Shown piece after piece: positions 24,733 to 33,444 of a DNA stretch of 64,000 nt. Source of the stretch: a virus. The stretch is from positions 10,534 to 74,533 of IMG/VR virus record IMGVR_UViG_3300003322_001323, one strand, 5' to 3'. The position numbers were made by a program, and so were the translations under genes. Below the pieces are notes generated by a model. That model saw nothing but the letters and a program-made list of their open reading frames with translations. It was not told the DNA's origin and made no database searches. How positions within the stretch are numbered: the first letter of the stretch is position 1; the number at the start of each line of letters is the position of its first letter.

Positions 24733-25136
24733 ATCGAGCTCCGGGCCGGCAGCACGGCCGGCGGATCAAAGGGCAGCGCGTAGTAGCCCTTGCCCCACAG
24801 TGTGGCAATGAATTTATCGTGCCCATAGGTACGCCGCAACTTGGTGCGCAGCTTGGACACGTAAACGTCCACCGTTTTTATCTCTGGCCAGTCAGCCTCC
24901 GCCTTGTCGTGGCAGATGGCGGCGTAGAGCCCGCCATCCTTCTTCACCAGGCGGCCCTCCGCCCGCAGCAGGGCTCCCACCACCGCGCCCTCGTGGTTGG
25001 TCAACGTGATGCTGAGCCCGCCGGCCAGCAGCACGCACAGCTCCTCGTCGTAAACCCAGCCTCCCCAATCCAGCAGGCGGGGCATATCCAGATTTCCATT
25101 GCAGTGTGGACAAAACCGCAGCACTTGTCCCGTCAT
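24729..25136 (-). CDS. Receiver-less OmpR-family (CtrA-like) winged-helix protein with N-terminal CPHC
   Basis: LTNHE, PEIKTVDVYVSKLRTKL, IATLWGKGY. Confidence 0.85.
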   Translation of the reverse strand: MTGQVLRFCPHCNGNLDMPRLLDWGGWVYDEELCVLLAGGLSITLTNHEGAVVGALLRAEGRLVKKDGGLYAAICHDKAEADWPEIKTVDVYVSKLRTKLRRTYGHDKFIATLWGKGYYALPFDPPAVLPARSSM

Positions 25137-25147
25137 CTTCCAGCTCC

Positions 25148-26719
25148 CTACATGGCCTCCGGCTTGGAAAGAGCCGGCAGCTTGAACTCCTCGGTCTGCT
25201 TCGAAAAGGCCGGGAGCACCCACAAATTCACAATCTTGCCCTTGATGGTCCGCACCTCGCTGATGGCGCGGCGCCGGTGCAGAAACTTCCAGATGGCGCG
25301 CTCGTCAATGCCGGACACGCGATGCTGCTGGAGATATTGGAGAAAGTCCGAGGACTGAAAGTAAACCAGGCCCGCCGCCTCGTCCGTGTAGGGCTTGCCC
25401 ATGATTACCTCGTCCAGCTCCTTGGCAATCACCTTGCCGGTGCAGAAGCGGTGCAGGAAGCTCCACCACTGACCCTCGCGGGTGGCGTCCTCCGGCACGT
25501 CCACTTCCTCCGCCTCGTCCATCAGCCCCTGGACCAGCTCCATCCACTTGGCGGGCTTGATCGGCCGCGGCCAGAAGCTGGTGGCCTCGATCACGGCCGC
25601 GGCAAACCGCATCTGGTTCATGAAGGTCGGTGTGTCAATCTCCAGACGGCGCTCATTTACCTCGATGATCCAGGTTACTGGATCGGTCTTGAGCTTTACC
25701 ACCTTTCCAAACGCGACGTCGCTTGTATCGGAGAGCGGAATCTTCTCCTTTTTCTTCGGCGTTATTCCAAACTCGCACTTGGCGCAGGCCTTCTTGTCGC
25801 ACAGCTCCTTGATCGGTGACTGCTCGCACATGTAGAAGTAGTCGCGCTTGGTCACCGAGCGCGCCACCCCCTGCATTTCCTTGAAGGGCAGGGGGTTTTC
25901 CAGCAACTCGTTTAGCGGCTGCATATGGTCCATGAACTTTTCCAGCCCGTAGCGCGCCTTGGCGTAGCGGGCCAGGTTGAAAAGCATATTGTTGTCCCAA
26001 TCGCCGAACTTTTTCTCGCGCACCCCGCGCGTGAAGCACGGTGGTGCACCGCGCAGCAAATCGTCCAGGCCGCCGGTGGACGGCAGCGCCTGGACCTCGA
26101 TCGCCGCGAGCATTCCCGGTCCGCTCAGCGCCGCGTCGGCCGCAACCGCCAGGAACCCTTCGGGAGTCATAGCCTCGCCGGTTACCGGGTTCAGCGCGTA
26201 GCGATTGGAGAACTCGCCGCCGGCATAGGGCATGTTGATCCAGTTGCCCGTACCGTCATCGTCGATGGTATCCTGCTTGGGAAAGACTTCCACGCCGGCG
26301 TAGCCCAGGGCTTCCGCCCACTTGGCGAGTTGGGCACGCACGAGCGCGGCCGGCGCCGGGTTATCGAGAAATAAATATAGATGCGCACCGCCGGACTTGG
26401 TGCGACAGACGATAAGCGGCAGCTTTAGCCGCTGTACCCGTGCGTTGAGGGCCTTAAGGTCCAGGCCATCGTAGATGTCAATATCGATGGCGCCAAACCG
26501 GCACTCGCTGTTCTCGTTGATCGGCACGACGCCGATGGCGTAGGAGCCGCTGAGATGCTTCTCCCAGAGCTCGGCCGTATAGGTGCTGTGAACGGTCTTG
26601 CGCTTGCCGGTCAGCTTGCCCTTGGCGTCGGCCGTGAGGCCGCCACCCAGCGCGTAGGTGCCGTGGCCTCGTTGAAGCCCGGCGAAGCGCGCATAAAATT
26701 GTTCGGCAAGCGATGACAT
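25148..26719 (-). CDS. Archaeo-eukaryotic-type primase (prim-pol) with Cys cluster domain
   Basis: AIDID, TKSGGAHLY, EVFPKQ, GNWINMPY; PPC...YMC...LCDKKAC. Confidence 0.85.
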   Translation of the reverse strand: MSSLAEQFYARFAGLQRGHGTYALGGGLTADAKGKLTGKRKTVHSTYTAELWEKHLSGSYAIGVVPINENSECRFGAIDIDIYDGLDLKALNARVQRLKLPLIVCRTKSGGAHLYLFLDNPAPAALVRAQLAKWAEALGYAGVEVFPKQDTIDDDGTGNWINMPYAGGEFSNRYALNPVTGEAMTPEGFLAVAADAALSGPGMLAAIEVQALPSTGGLDDLLRGAPPCFTRGVREKKFGDWDNNMLFNLARYAKARYGLEKFMDHMQPLNELLENPLPFKEMQGVARSVTKRDYFYMCEQSPIKELCDKKACAKCEFGITPKKKEKIPLSDTSDVAFGKVVKLKTDPVTWIIEVNERRLEIDTPTFMNQMRFAAAVIEATSFWPRPIKPAKWMELVQGLMDEAEEVDVPEDATREGQWWSFLHRFCTGKVIAKELDEVIMGKPYTDEAAGLVYFQSSDFLQYLQQHRVSGIDERAIWKFLHRRRAISEVRTIKGKIVNLWVLPAFSKQTEEFKLPALSKPEAM

Positions 26720-26750
26720 AAACCCAGCCCATTGTTTTTATTATCAGCAA

Positions 26751-26785
26751 TGGGGTCACGGTCTCGACAAAGCCCCGTGACCCCA
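26751..26785. terminator. 11-bp stem hairpin between SSB-like and primase genes
   Basis: TGGGGTCACGG/CCGTGACCCCA; no strong U tract. Confidence 0.45.
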
Positions 26786-26803
26786 CTCTTACTCAACTAA
26801 AGG

Positions 26804-27763
26804 CTACATGGGCGGTTCGTTGCCGTGCTTATCGCCGACACCTTCATCAGCGCCGGTTTTGTCGGTGCTGATGTCGGCGCTGGCCTTGCCCTCCTTGAGC
26901 ATGGCGTGGAAGGCCTTGGCATCCTGGTAGAGCGGATCACTCACCGGAATGAGGCTCTTTTGATAGGCGTCCTCGCTGCCGTCCTCGCGCTTGGTGGCAA
27001 GCGTGAGGTTGTAGCCGTAGAAGTCGCCCTTCTTGTTGCCCTCGAAGGCCGTCTTCAACGACCAGCGATGCGCCCACATCGGCGGTGTCACGTCCGGCAG
27101 CGGGGCGTTTTCCGTGGACTTCGGGTTGGGATACTTGAAGTTGGTCACGCGTCCCATAAAGCCCTGGTACTTCTTGATCTGCGTGGACTTGAAGCTCAAC
27201 ACCGCCCGGAAGCGCTGACCACTGTTCGGGTCCTTGAAAATGCCGAACAGCGAAAAGACCTCCGTGATTTCGGTGCCGTCCAGCGCCTCGCCCTTGTCGT
27301 TGCGCTTGGTGACACCGCGCGGCAGACGCCCGAACTTTCCGTGCTCGGCCTGGAGCTTGAGCACGAGTGGGTCGCTGGGCTCATAGACGGCAACCAGGCC
27401 GCCACCCAACGGCCGAGGCGTGAACTCCAGGAACTTGTGGTCACGGAACACCGGAATAAACTCCATCGCGGTCTCATCGATCGCGTAGAGCTCGCCGGTG
27501 GCGCCATTCAGCAGCATGCCGGCCTTCGCGCCCGGCATTCCGCCCGCGGCCACGGGCTTGACCTGCGGCGAAAGGGGTTGGAGCAGGTTGAGGAAGGGAA
27601 TCTTCAGCTCCGCGCTGGAAACTCCCTCCAGGCCCGCGCCGGCGTCCTCGCCGAAGTCGTAGGTCTGAATCGCCGTGCCGGTGGACTGCTCCGCCGGCAG
27701 GTTCTTGGTTTCTTCCTTCTTCACTTCTTCGTTCTTCACTTCTTCATTCTTCGCTTTGGACAT
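26804..27763 (-). CDS. Single-stranded DNA-binding/annealing protein-like
   Basis: IPFLNLLQPLSPQV, KSTQIK motifs, acidic tail, position beside primase. Confidence 0.7.
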   Translation of the reverse strand: MSKAKNEEVKNEEVKKEETKNLPAEQSTGTAIQTYDFGEDAGAGLEGVSSAELKIPFLNLLQPLSPQVKPVAAGGMPGAKAGMLLNGATGELYAIDETAMEFIPVFRDHKFLEFTPRPLGGGLVAVYEPSDPLVLKLQAEHGKFGRLPRGVTKRNDKGEALDGTEITEVFSLFGIFKDPNSGQRFRAVLSFKSTQIKKYQGFMGRVTNFKYPNPKSTENAPLPDVTPPMWAHRWSLKTAFEGNKKGDFYGYNLTLATKREDGSEDAYQKSLIPVSDPLYQDAKAFHAMLKEGKASADISTDKTGADEGVGDKHGNEPPM

Positions 27764-27822
27764 ACTAACTTTCCTTCTTCAACTGCCCGAACTTTCTAGC
27801 GGCAACGGGCTAACCGCGCTTC

Positions 27823-27855
27823 TGTCTGTACGCGTCAAATTGATGCGTACAGACA
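27823..27855. promoter_or_regulatory. 33-bp near-perfect palindrome, operator-like
   Basis: TGTCTGTACGCGTCAA-A-TTGATGCGTACAGACA, one mismatch. Confidence 0.6.
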
Positions 27856-27859
27856 AACC

Positions 27860-28051
27860 TTATTTTTTAAGCGCGCGATACATTCCAATGGAAATAAACG
27901 CAACGGTGAGTAGAAATAATACGGCTAAAATCCCCATAAGAATGATTTGCCCAACCTCAAACGTGGTAAGCACTACCATTCCTAGCATGATGGCTACAGC
28001 CACCAGCCAAGCCAGGACAACAGAGGCGGCGGCGCGCTTATTCATTGGCAT
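27860..28051 (-). CDS. Small two-helix membrane protein
   Basis: GGAG RBS; hydrophobic. Confidence 0.65.
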   Translation of the reverse strand: MPMNKRAAASVVLAWLVAVAIMLGMVVLTTFEVGQIILMGILAVLFLLTVAFISIGMYRALKK

Positions 28052-28220
28052 ATCTCCAATGCGTCACGTCGTTGTCGGGGTCGCGCGGGTCGTGGTGCCA
28101 CGACAGGCTGGCCGCGCGAATGCGCAGCCGCTCGCCGCCGTCGCGATGAATCACGGAAACGAAGGCCTGGGCATTACACGGCCGCTCCCCGCCATCGTGG
28201 GGTCGATAGCCCTTAACCAT
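28038..28220 (-). CDS. Hypothetical protein
   Basis: HDGG..P....V.V..RDG...W...D..HWR pattern typical of small phage domains. Confidence 0.6.
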   Translation of the reverse strand: MVKGYRPHDGGERPCNAQAFVSVIHRDGGERLRIRAASLSWHHDPRDPDNDVTHWRYANE

Positions 28221-29112
28221 CGAACGCCGCCACGCCCTTCTTGCGCTCCTTTTTCTCGAAGGTGGCGTAACGGAGCTTAAACTGGTCCACGGTATCCGGC
28301 AGCGCCTCGTCGGGGTTGAGGCCCTTCTGAATGAAGGTCTCGCGCTCACCCTTGCAGTAGGCCTGCAGGGTCTGATAGTGGATTTCCTCCTTGATTTCCG
28401 GGTGCAGGTCCACCTTGCGCTTGGCAAGGTCGGCGAGGAACTTCTTGGCGGCCTTCACCTGGTCACGGCCAAACTTGATGACGATGGTACGCTTGACAAT
28501 GGCATCGTCCTTCTTCTTTTCCAGCCAGCCGATGAACTTCGAGAGGTTATCCTTCTTGATGGAGAACTTCACGTCCTCTACCAGCGCGGTCTCCCACTCA
28601 CCGTCGTTGCGGTCCTTGTAGACCCAGCCACTGGTGCGCGCGTTGGTCATGGCATTGGGAAGGGTTATCTCGGTCAGCTCCTTGAGCTCGGCGTGGAGCT
28701 TGGCGAGATGGGCCTCCGCTTCCGGTATTAGCAGTTCCTGCAGCTTCAAGCCGCGGCTCACCAGGTGCGAAATGTTTTCGACCTGCTCCGCGGTGGGGCC
28801 AGCGGCCTCGCCGGCGTCCTCCGCGGCCTCAACCTCCACGGGCGGGTTGCTGAAGCTCTTGAGCACGTCGGCCACGGTCAAGATGTGCACCTCCTCCCCC
28901 TGCTGGACGTAGCGGGCGCGGCGGTTGCTCACGTTATGGTCGGCGCACAGGCCGCACATCGGCAGGCACACCTTATCGGTCCCCATCACCACGAAGGTGG
29001 CGGGCTGGCGGCACGGGATATAGGTGGGTGAACCCATAATGCACTCGGCGCACTCCACGCCGGGGCCGGGATGCATGTTCTTGGAAACGGGCGGTTTAGA
29101 TTTTTTCGTCAT
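28213..29112 (-). CDS. Phage replication-module protein (coiled-coil) with N-terminal zinc ribbon
   Basis: ELTEITLP..M, F..WL, IHYQTLQAY; Cys clusters. Confidence 0.7.
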   Translation of the reverse strand: MTKKSKPPVSKNMHPGPGVECAECIMGSPTYIPCRQPATFVVMGTDKVCLPMCGLCADHNVSNRRARYVQQGEEVHILTVADVLKSFSNPPVEVEAAEDAGEAAGPTAEQVENISHLVSRGLKLQELLIPEAEAHLAKLHAELKELTEITLPNAMTNARTSGWVYKDRNDGEWETALVEDVKFSIKKDNLSKFIGWLEKKKDDAIVKRTIVIKFGRDQVKAAKKFLADLAKRKVDLHPEIKEEIHYQTLQAYCKGERETFIQKGLNPDEALPDTVDQFKLRYATFEKKERKKGVAAFDG

Positions 29113-29527
29113 AGGCAAGTTCTCCAGGCTCTGTGGGGTGGGTAAGATGATTGCTAGCGGGAAACAGGGGGATTTTGCAGGCGGCATAGCCGAGCTCGCG
29201 CCCGCGCCACACCAGCACGTTGAGATTGTCGCACGCTGAGGGGCCGAACACGCCCGCGACGTCGTAGCCACCTATGATGGAAGCGGCGGCCGCGATGAGC
29301 GCGGGATGCCCGATGGGCAACAAAAAATCCTCATCGGGATTGAAGTCCAGTAGTCTCTTGGCCATCTCCGGCCACCAGCCTTGCGGGTCCAGCGGCGGCT
29401 CGCCCGCGGCCGACAGAAAGATGAGCTCGCCGAAGGGCTCGGCCGGGCGCAGGTCGATGGCGCGACCGTACTCCGCGGAGCCGGGAATGCGCTTGAGGGG
29501 TTCGTTGACGACAAAGACCTTGGGCAA
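29096..29527 (-). CDS. Conserved phage hypothetical protein
   Basis: VFVVNEP, PAEPFGEL, DFLLPIGHP. Confidence 0.75.
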   Translation of the reverse strand: MPKVFVVNEPLKRIPGSAEYGRAIDLRPAEPFGELIFLSAAGEPPLDPQGWWPEMAKRLLDFNPDEDFLLPIGHPALIAAAASIIGGYDVAGVFGPSACDNLNVLVWRGRELGYAACKIPLFPASNHLTHPTEPGELAYDEKI

Positions 29528-29531
29528 AAGA

Positions 29532-29852
29532 CTATTCCTCGTTCAGGATGGCCGATACCACGCGCGCGGCAAGCTCGGTGGGGGTGAGCGCGGCGTAGTT
29601 TATTACGTCCAGCATGGCTTCCACGCGCTTCTCCGCCTCGCTGCGCTGGCCGGTGCCGATGGACACGGGGCCCAGGCTGCCGGCCAGCTCCGCCGCCTCG
29701 AGGGGCTCAAAGAGAAAGTCGAGCCATCCCTGCGTCGGGTGGCCGAGCCGCAGCACGGGGAAGCTCGCGCCGCCCAGCGTCACGGTTCCAATCTGGATTG
29801 GGGGATTGATGGCGGCGAGATGCACGTCACCTTCCAATTTATCGATACTCAT
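29532..29852 (-). CDS. Hypothetical protein
   Basis: GGAGG RBS. Confidence 0.6.
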   Translation of the reverse strand: MSIDKLEGDVHLAAINPPIQIGTVTLGGASFPVLRLGHPTQGWLDFLFEPLEAAELAGSLGPVSIGTGQRSEAEKRVEAMLDVINYAALTPTELAARVVSAILNEE

Positions 29853-30045
29853 AGGGCCTCCCATCGGCGTCCTGAAGTTCAAAGGGCTTGAAGTGCACAC
29901 CACCGATCATCATGGAGGTGCCGTAAAGCATCATCTTGGAGCGGGCCAGCAGGTGCGGGTCCACCCATACCACGCTTCCCGGCGCGCACTCCTTGGCGCG
30001 CTGGCGCAGGTGGACCTGAGCCTGGTTGGTTGGATCGCCTCTCAT
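29839..30045 (-). CDS. Hypothetical protein
   Basis: Coupled ATGA start. Confidence 0.5.
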   Translation of the reverse strand: MRGDPTNQAQVHLRQRAKECAPGSVVWVDPHLLARSKMMLYGTSMMIGGVHFKPFELQDADGRPYEYR

Positions 30046-30239
30046 GGGTGCTCATCCTCCACGAAGCGATTCAGGCACGCGACACCCCAGACAAAAAATA
30101 CAACCGTTCCAGCCATAAGGGGAAGCGCGTTGAGCTTCTCGTCGTGAAAAATATCGACCGCTATCAGCATTAAGATGGCGTTGGTGAAGAAGCTAAGGGC
30201 GGAAGCGAAATGGCGGCGCTGGCGCTTGGTCATATCCAC
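30042..30239 (-). CDS. Small membrane protein
   Basis: Two hydrophobic helices; coupled. Confidence 0.6.
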   Translation of the reverse strand: MDMTKRQRRHFASALSFFTNAILMLIAVDIFHDEKLNALPLMAGTVVFFVWGVACLNRFVEDEHP

Positions 30240-31888
30240 TTCCCCGAATGCTCGTTGAGGATCAGGTCGGAGAGCTTGCGGCGCTCGCGGTGGCTGCGCA
30301 CGATGTCCTCGTCCTTGGTGTCCTGGGCGATTAAATCGACAATGCCGGTGGCTACAGTCCGAAGGCCGGTTTGAGCCCGGACTTCGGACTGTAGACGCTG
30401 ATTGAGGCCAAACTCGGAGGAGTAGTACATCATCCAGCGCGCCGCCGAGACGTTGACGGCGCGGCCGGCCGAGCGGGTCTTGGCGACGAAGGTGTCAAAC
30501 TCGCCCGCCTGGAAGCCCGCCTTGTTGCGATGCTTGGTTTCGTCGTCCACCTTGCCGTCGTAGCGGCAGGGCCGGCGCCCGAGGTCGCGGCAGAGCTGGA
30601 GCACGTCGGCTATGTCCTGGTCGAAGCGGCACCAGATGATAGCCGGATCGGGAGAGACCCGAAACTCAGCGGCGAGCCCGAGCAGCTTAGGGTTGCGATC
30701 AAACGGAACAAGGCGCTGTAGGGGGACGTCGCTTTCAAGGACGCCAAGGCCGTCACACGCCGCGCAGTCATCGCCCTCTCCCAGGCATCGCTCGCAAACG
30801 GTCGCGGATTTGGAACTGGGCCAGAAGCCGCTAGTGAGCTGCTGCAGGCGCAGATAGCGCGTGAGTACGTTGGCCACGCTGACCTTGCCGAGAGCTTCCA
30901 GCTCCAGCTCGTAGTCAACGGACAGCTTTTCGTAATGCGCGCGCTGCTCATCGGTCAACTCCACGTAGCGCTTCTGATAGATGGGCTCGGGTACGTCCTT
31001 GAAGACGTCCTTGAAGAGAACCCGATAGGTATGCGGCGCGATGATCCGCTGCATTTTATCCAGGTTCTTGTAAATGGGCCGGCCATTCTCGTCCTTCTTG
31101 GTCCGGCTGAAGGCCTTGGCGTCGCGGCCATACTTGACGACCTCCTGCTCGCAGTATTTGGCGCGAAAGACGGTGGCGTTGGTGCCGAAATAGTGGTCGC
31201 CGAGAAAGCGATACTGGGTAAAGACCGGCACGGGCTCGCCGCCGTTGGGCGTACCGTCCAAGACGCGCTTCATTACCGCGTGCTTGCTCATGTAGTAGAG
31301 CGACTTGGTGAGCGCGGCATCGGGGGTCTGCATCAGGAGCGTACCCTCGTCGCCCACCAGCAGGACCTTGCGCTTCTTGAGGAACCTGGTCAGCATGAAC
31401 TCGGTGAAGGCGTCGGTGCGGGCGCTCTCGCCGTTGATGCAGATGATGGAAAGCCCGTCAAAGGCGAGGAGGTTGGCGAGCTCCTCCGCATAGGACAGGT
31501 TCCGGGCCTTGCGCCGGCCGTTGGGCAGGCGCACCTTCTTGTTGAAGCCCGCCTTGGTGTTGTCCCACAGCAGCACGCGCTTGGGGATGAAGTTCGGCAG
31601 CATGCCTGCGTTGATCTCGTCCACCCAGTTGCGCGGCGCGCCCGAGGGCATGGCCACGATCACCAGGGCGTCAATTTTCTTTTGGAGAAAGTTGTAGGCG
31701 GCCGTGTCCAGGATTACCTGGGTCTTGCCGGTGCGCTGCTCCATGGAGAGGTAGAAGCCGCCGCGATCGTGGCTGCGGGCAAAGCCCTCCACCTGATGAT
31801 CCCAGCGCGTGCGGCCGGGCAAGGGCGTGGCGGCAATGTAGTCGCCGGGGCTCCAGCCCGCGGCCTCGCTCAAATTCGGCACCGACAA
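30230..31888 (-). CDS. SNF2-like SF2 helicase, divergent
   Basis: MEQRTGKT, VGDE, LDGTP, LRLQQLTSG, IIWCRF, YDG, QSEVRA. Confidence 0.88.
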   Translation of the reverse strand: MSVPNLSEAAGWSPGDYIAATPLPGRTRWDHQVEGFARSHDRGGFYLSMEQRTGKTQVILDTAAYNFLQKKIDALVIVAMPSGAPRNWVDEINAGMLPNFIPKRVLLWDNTKAGFNKKVRLPNGRRKARNLSYAEELANLLAFDGLSIICINGESARTDAFTEFMLTRFLKKRKVLLVGDEGTLLMQTPDAALTKSLYYMSKHAVMKRVLDGTPNGGEPVPVFTQYRFLGDHYFGTNATVFRAKYCEQEVVKYGRDAKAFSRTKKDENGRPIYKNLDKMQRIIAPHTYRVLFKDVFKDVPEPIYQKRYVELTDEQRAHYEKLSVDYELELEALGKVSVANVLTRYLRLQQLTSGFWPSSKSATVCERCLGEGDDCAACDGLGVLESDVPLQRLVPFDRNPKLLGLAAEFRVSPDPAIIWCRFDQDIADVLQLCRDLGRRPCRYDGKVDDETKHRNKAGFQAGEFDTFVAKTRSAGRAVNVSAARWMMYYSSEFGLNQRLQSEVRAQTGLRTVATGIVDLIAQDTKDEDIVRSHRERRKLSDLILNEHSGKWI

Positions 31889-32017
31889 ATCTCCAAGCTC
31901 TGCGATCGGTTCAAATAAATATGTAGCGGGCGAGAAGCGCGATTGGCGCTACTCGTTCCATTAGCTTTACGCGGTGATAGGCCCCGGCTCCTCGCCCAGA
32001 ATCCGACGCTATAAAAA

Positions 32018-32023
32018 GTAAAC
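32018..32023 (-). promoter_or_regulatory. GTAAAC box upstream of replication operon
   Basis: AAAAGTAAAC, as at 14872-14881 and 32711-32720. Confidence 0.45.
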
Positions 32024-32066
32024 AATTGGTGTCCATAGCTGAGCGAAGTTATTTTTTGACGGATTG

Positions 32067-32600
32067 TCAGTCAAGCTCGTAGGCCTGGGTCGAGGTGAGC
32101 TGATAGGCAATCTTGCCCTCAAAGGTATAGGAGCGCTTCACCAGGCCCTCCTGCTTGAGCTTGTGAAGGGCAACCAGCGCCTTCTGACGCGCGAACTTTC
32201 GCTCGTGCGGGGTGTCGTTGGCGCCCTTCATGTAGAGCTCGGCAATGGCGTCCACGGCGATGGGCCGGTCCACCCGCAGGCTGCGAATTAGCTCCATGCG
32301 AGTGACGCGCTCGTAGGTATGGCGCTGGTTGTTGAACGTGCCCACCTCGGAGAGCGATCGCTCCACGATGTCGATGCCGAGGTTCTTCAGGGCGCGGCGC
32401 GCGCGGTTTAATTCATCGCGCTGCTCGGGTCTCCAATCTGTGACAAGTTGCCGCATTGGAGAGAAGGAGAGCTCGCTGTCGGGCCAGGTCAGGCCGTTCT
32501 TGCTTACGTCGTCAACCTCCGCGGCCTCGACGAGGGCGACGCTCAGGCCGGTGCGAGGTCCAGAGGTGCGGCCAAAGCGGCCAGAACCGGGTCCACCCAT
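32067..32600 (-). CDS. Hypothetical protein, possible C-terminal winged helix
   Basis: MGGPGSGR start; ALHKLKQEGLVKR...YQL. Confidence 0.7.
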   Translation of the reverse strand: MGGPGSGRFGRTSGPRTGLSVALVEAAEVDDVSKNGLTWPDSELSFSPMRQLVTDWRPEQRDELNRARRALKNLGIDIVERSLSEVGTFNNQRHTYERVTRMELIRSLRVDRPIAVDAIAELYMKGANDTPHERKFARQKALVALHKLKQEGLVKRSYTFEGKIAYQLTSTQAYELD

Positions 32601-32698
32601 AGTAGATAAATCCTTTCAAGGGGTTACAGGGGGTTAGTCGTAATTCGCCTCAATTCGCGCTCCTGGTCTATATAAGCGCGGTGGGACATTACGAGAGC

Positions 32699-32742
32699 AT
32701 CCTAATCTAAAAAAGTAAACAGCAAAGTTTTTAGGTTAGGAT
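32699..32742. promoter_or_regulatory. 15-bp inverted repeat enclosing a GTAAAC box in the divergent control region
   Basis: ATCCTAATCTAAAAA/TTTTTAGGTTAGGAT, one mismatch. Confidence 0.6.
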
Positions 32743-32883
32743 AGCTTCGAAATGCATCTATACGTGTACCCGCGCGCGAACCGCGGTGGGTGGACCCAAT
32801 AGGTCCTGGGTGGGCGAGCGAGGGAGTTACTCAGTTTTTACGATTTGCGAGCCAGGATGCGGCGGGTTTGTCGAAGGCGGCGC

Positions 32884-33390
32884 ATGCGGCGATGGTACGT
32901 GGCGAGAACGCAGGCGGGGCTTGGCTCCATCGCGGAGCGAGAGCTTCAGCGTGCGTACGGCGATCGGCCGGCGTTCAAAACGCTGATGCCATTGGACGAC
33001 AAGGGCCGCTCGGTCTTTGGTCCGTACATCTTCATCGAAATTGATCTTGACACGGACTATTGGGAGCCGATCAACTCGGTGCGCGGCGTGATGCGCCTGT
33101 TGCCCATTGGTCTGCCATCCCCCCTGCCACTTCGCGATGATTTCATGCGAAGCTTGCAGAAGCGCCTGAACGATGGCGATTTCAACGAGAAGGTCGCGGT
33201 TGAGCTGGTTTACGCCTATTCGGCCCAGGAGCCGGCGCTGGTTACCTCGGGGCCTTGGGAGGGTCACGTTGGCAATTTTGTGCGACGACGTAAGGGATTT
33301 ATAAACCTTTCGCTGTTATTGTTCAACCGACCCTTCGAAATCCCAATTCCGGCCCACCAGGTCCGACCCGCGTCGCCAAAAGCAGCTTGA
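32884..33390 (+). CDS. NusG-family paralog (NGN+KOW), probable late antiterminator
   Basis: WYVART, FGPYIFI, INSVRGV, VTSGPWEGHVG. Confidence 0.88.
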   Translation: MRRWYVARTQAGLGSIAERELQRAYGDRPAFKTLMPLDDKGRSVFGPYIFIEIDLDTDYWEPINSVRGVMRLLPIGLPSPLPLRDDFMRSLQKRLNDGDFNEKVAVELVYAYSAQEPALVTSGPWEGHVGNFVRRRKGFINLSLLLFNRPFEIPIPAHQVRPASPKAA

Positions 33391-33444
33391 GGCTGAGTGC
33401 GGCAGCTATTGGCCGCTTGATTTAAACCAAGAACAATTCATGTA

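Noticed and set aside
7256-31918. Long plus-strand ORFs in the left arm (e.g. 7256-8266, 16062-17045, 26825-27799, 30935-31918)
   Set aside because: Antisense shadows of well-supported minus-strand genes in GC-rich DNA
32601-32883. CtrA boxes (TTAA-N7-TTAA), RfaH ops element, or a defined cos/pac site
   Set aside because: No convincing match found by eye; genome ends cannot be inferred without reads
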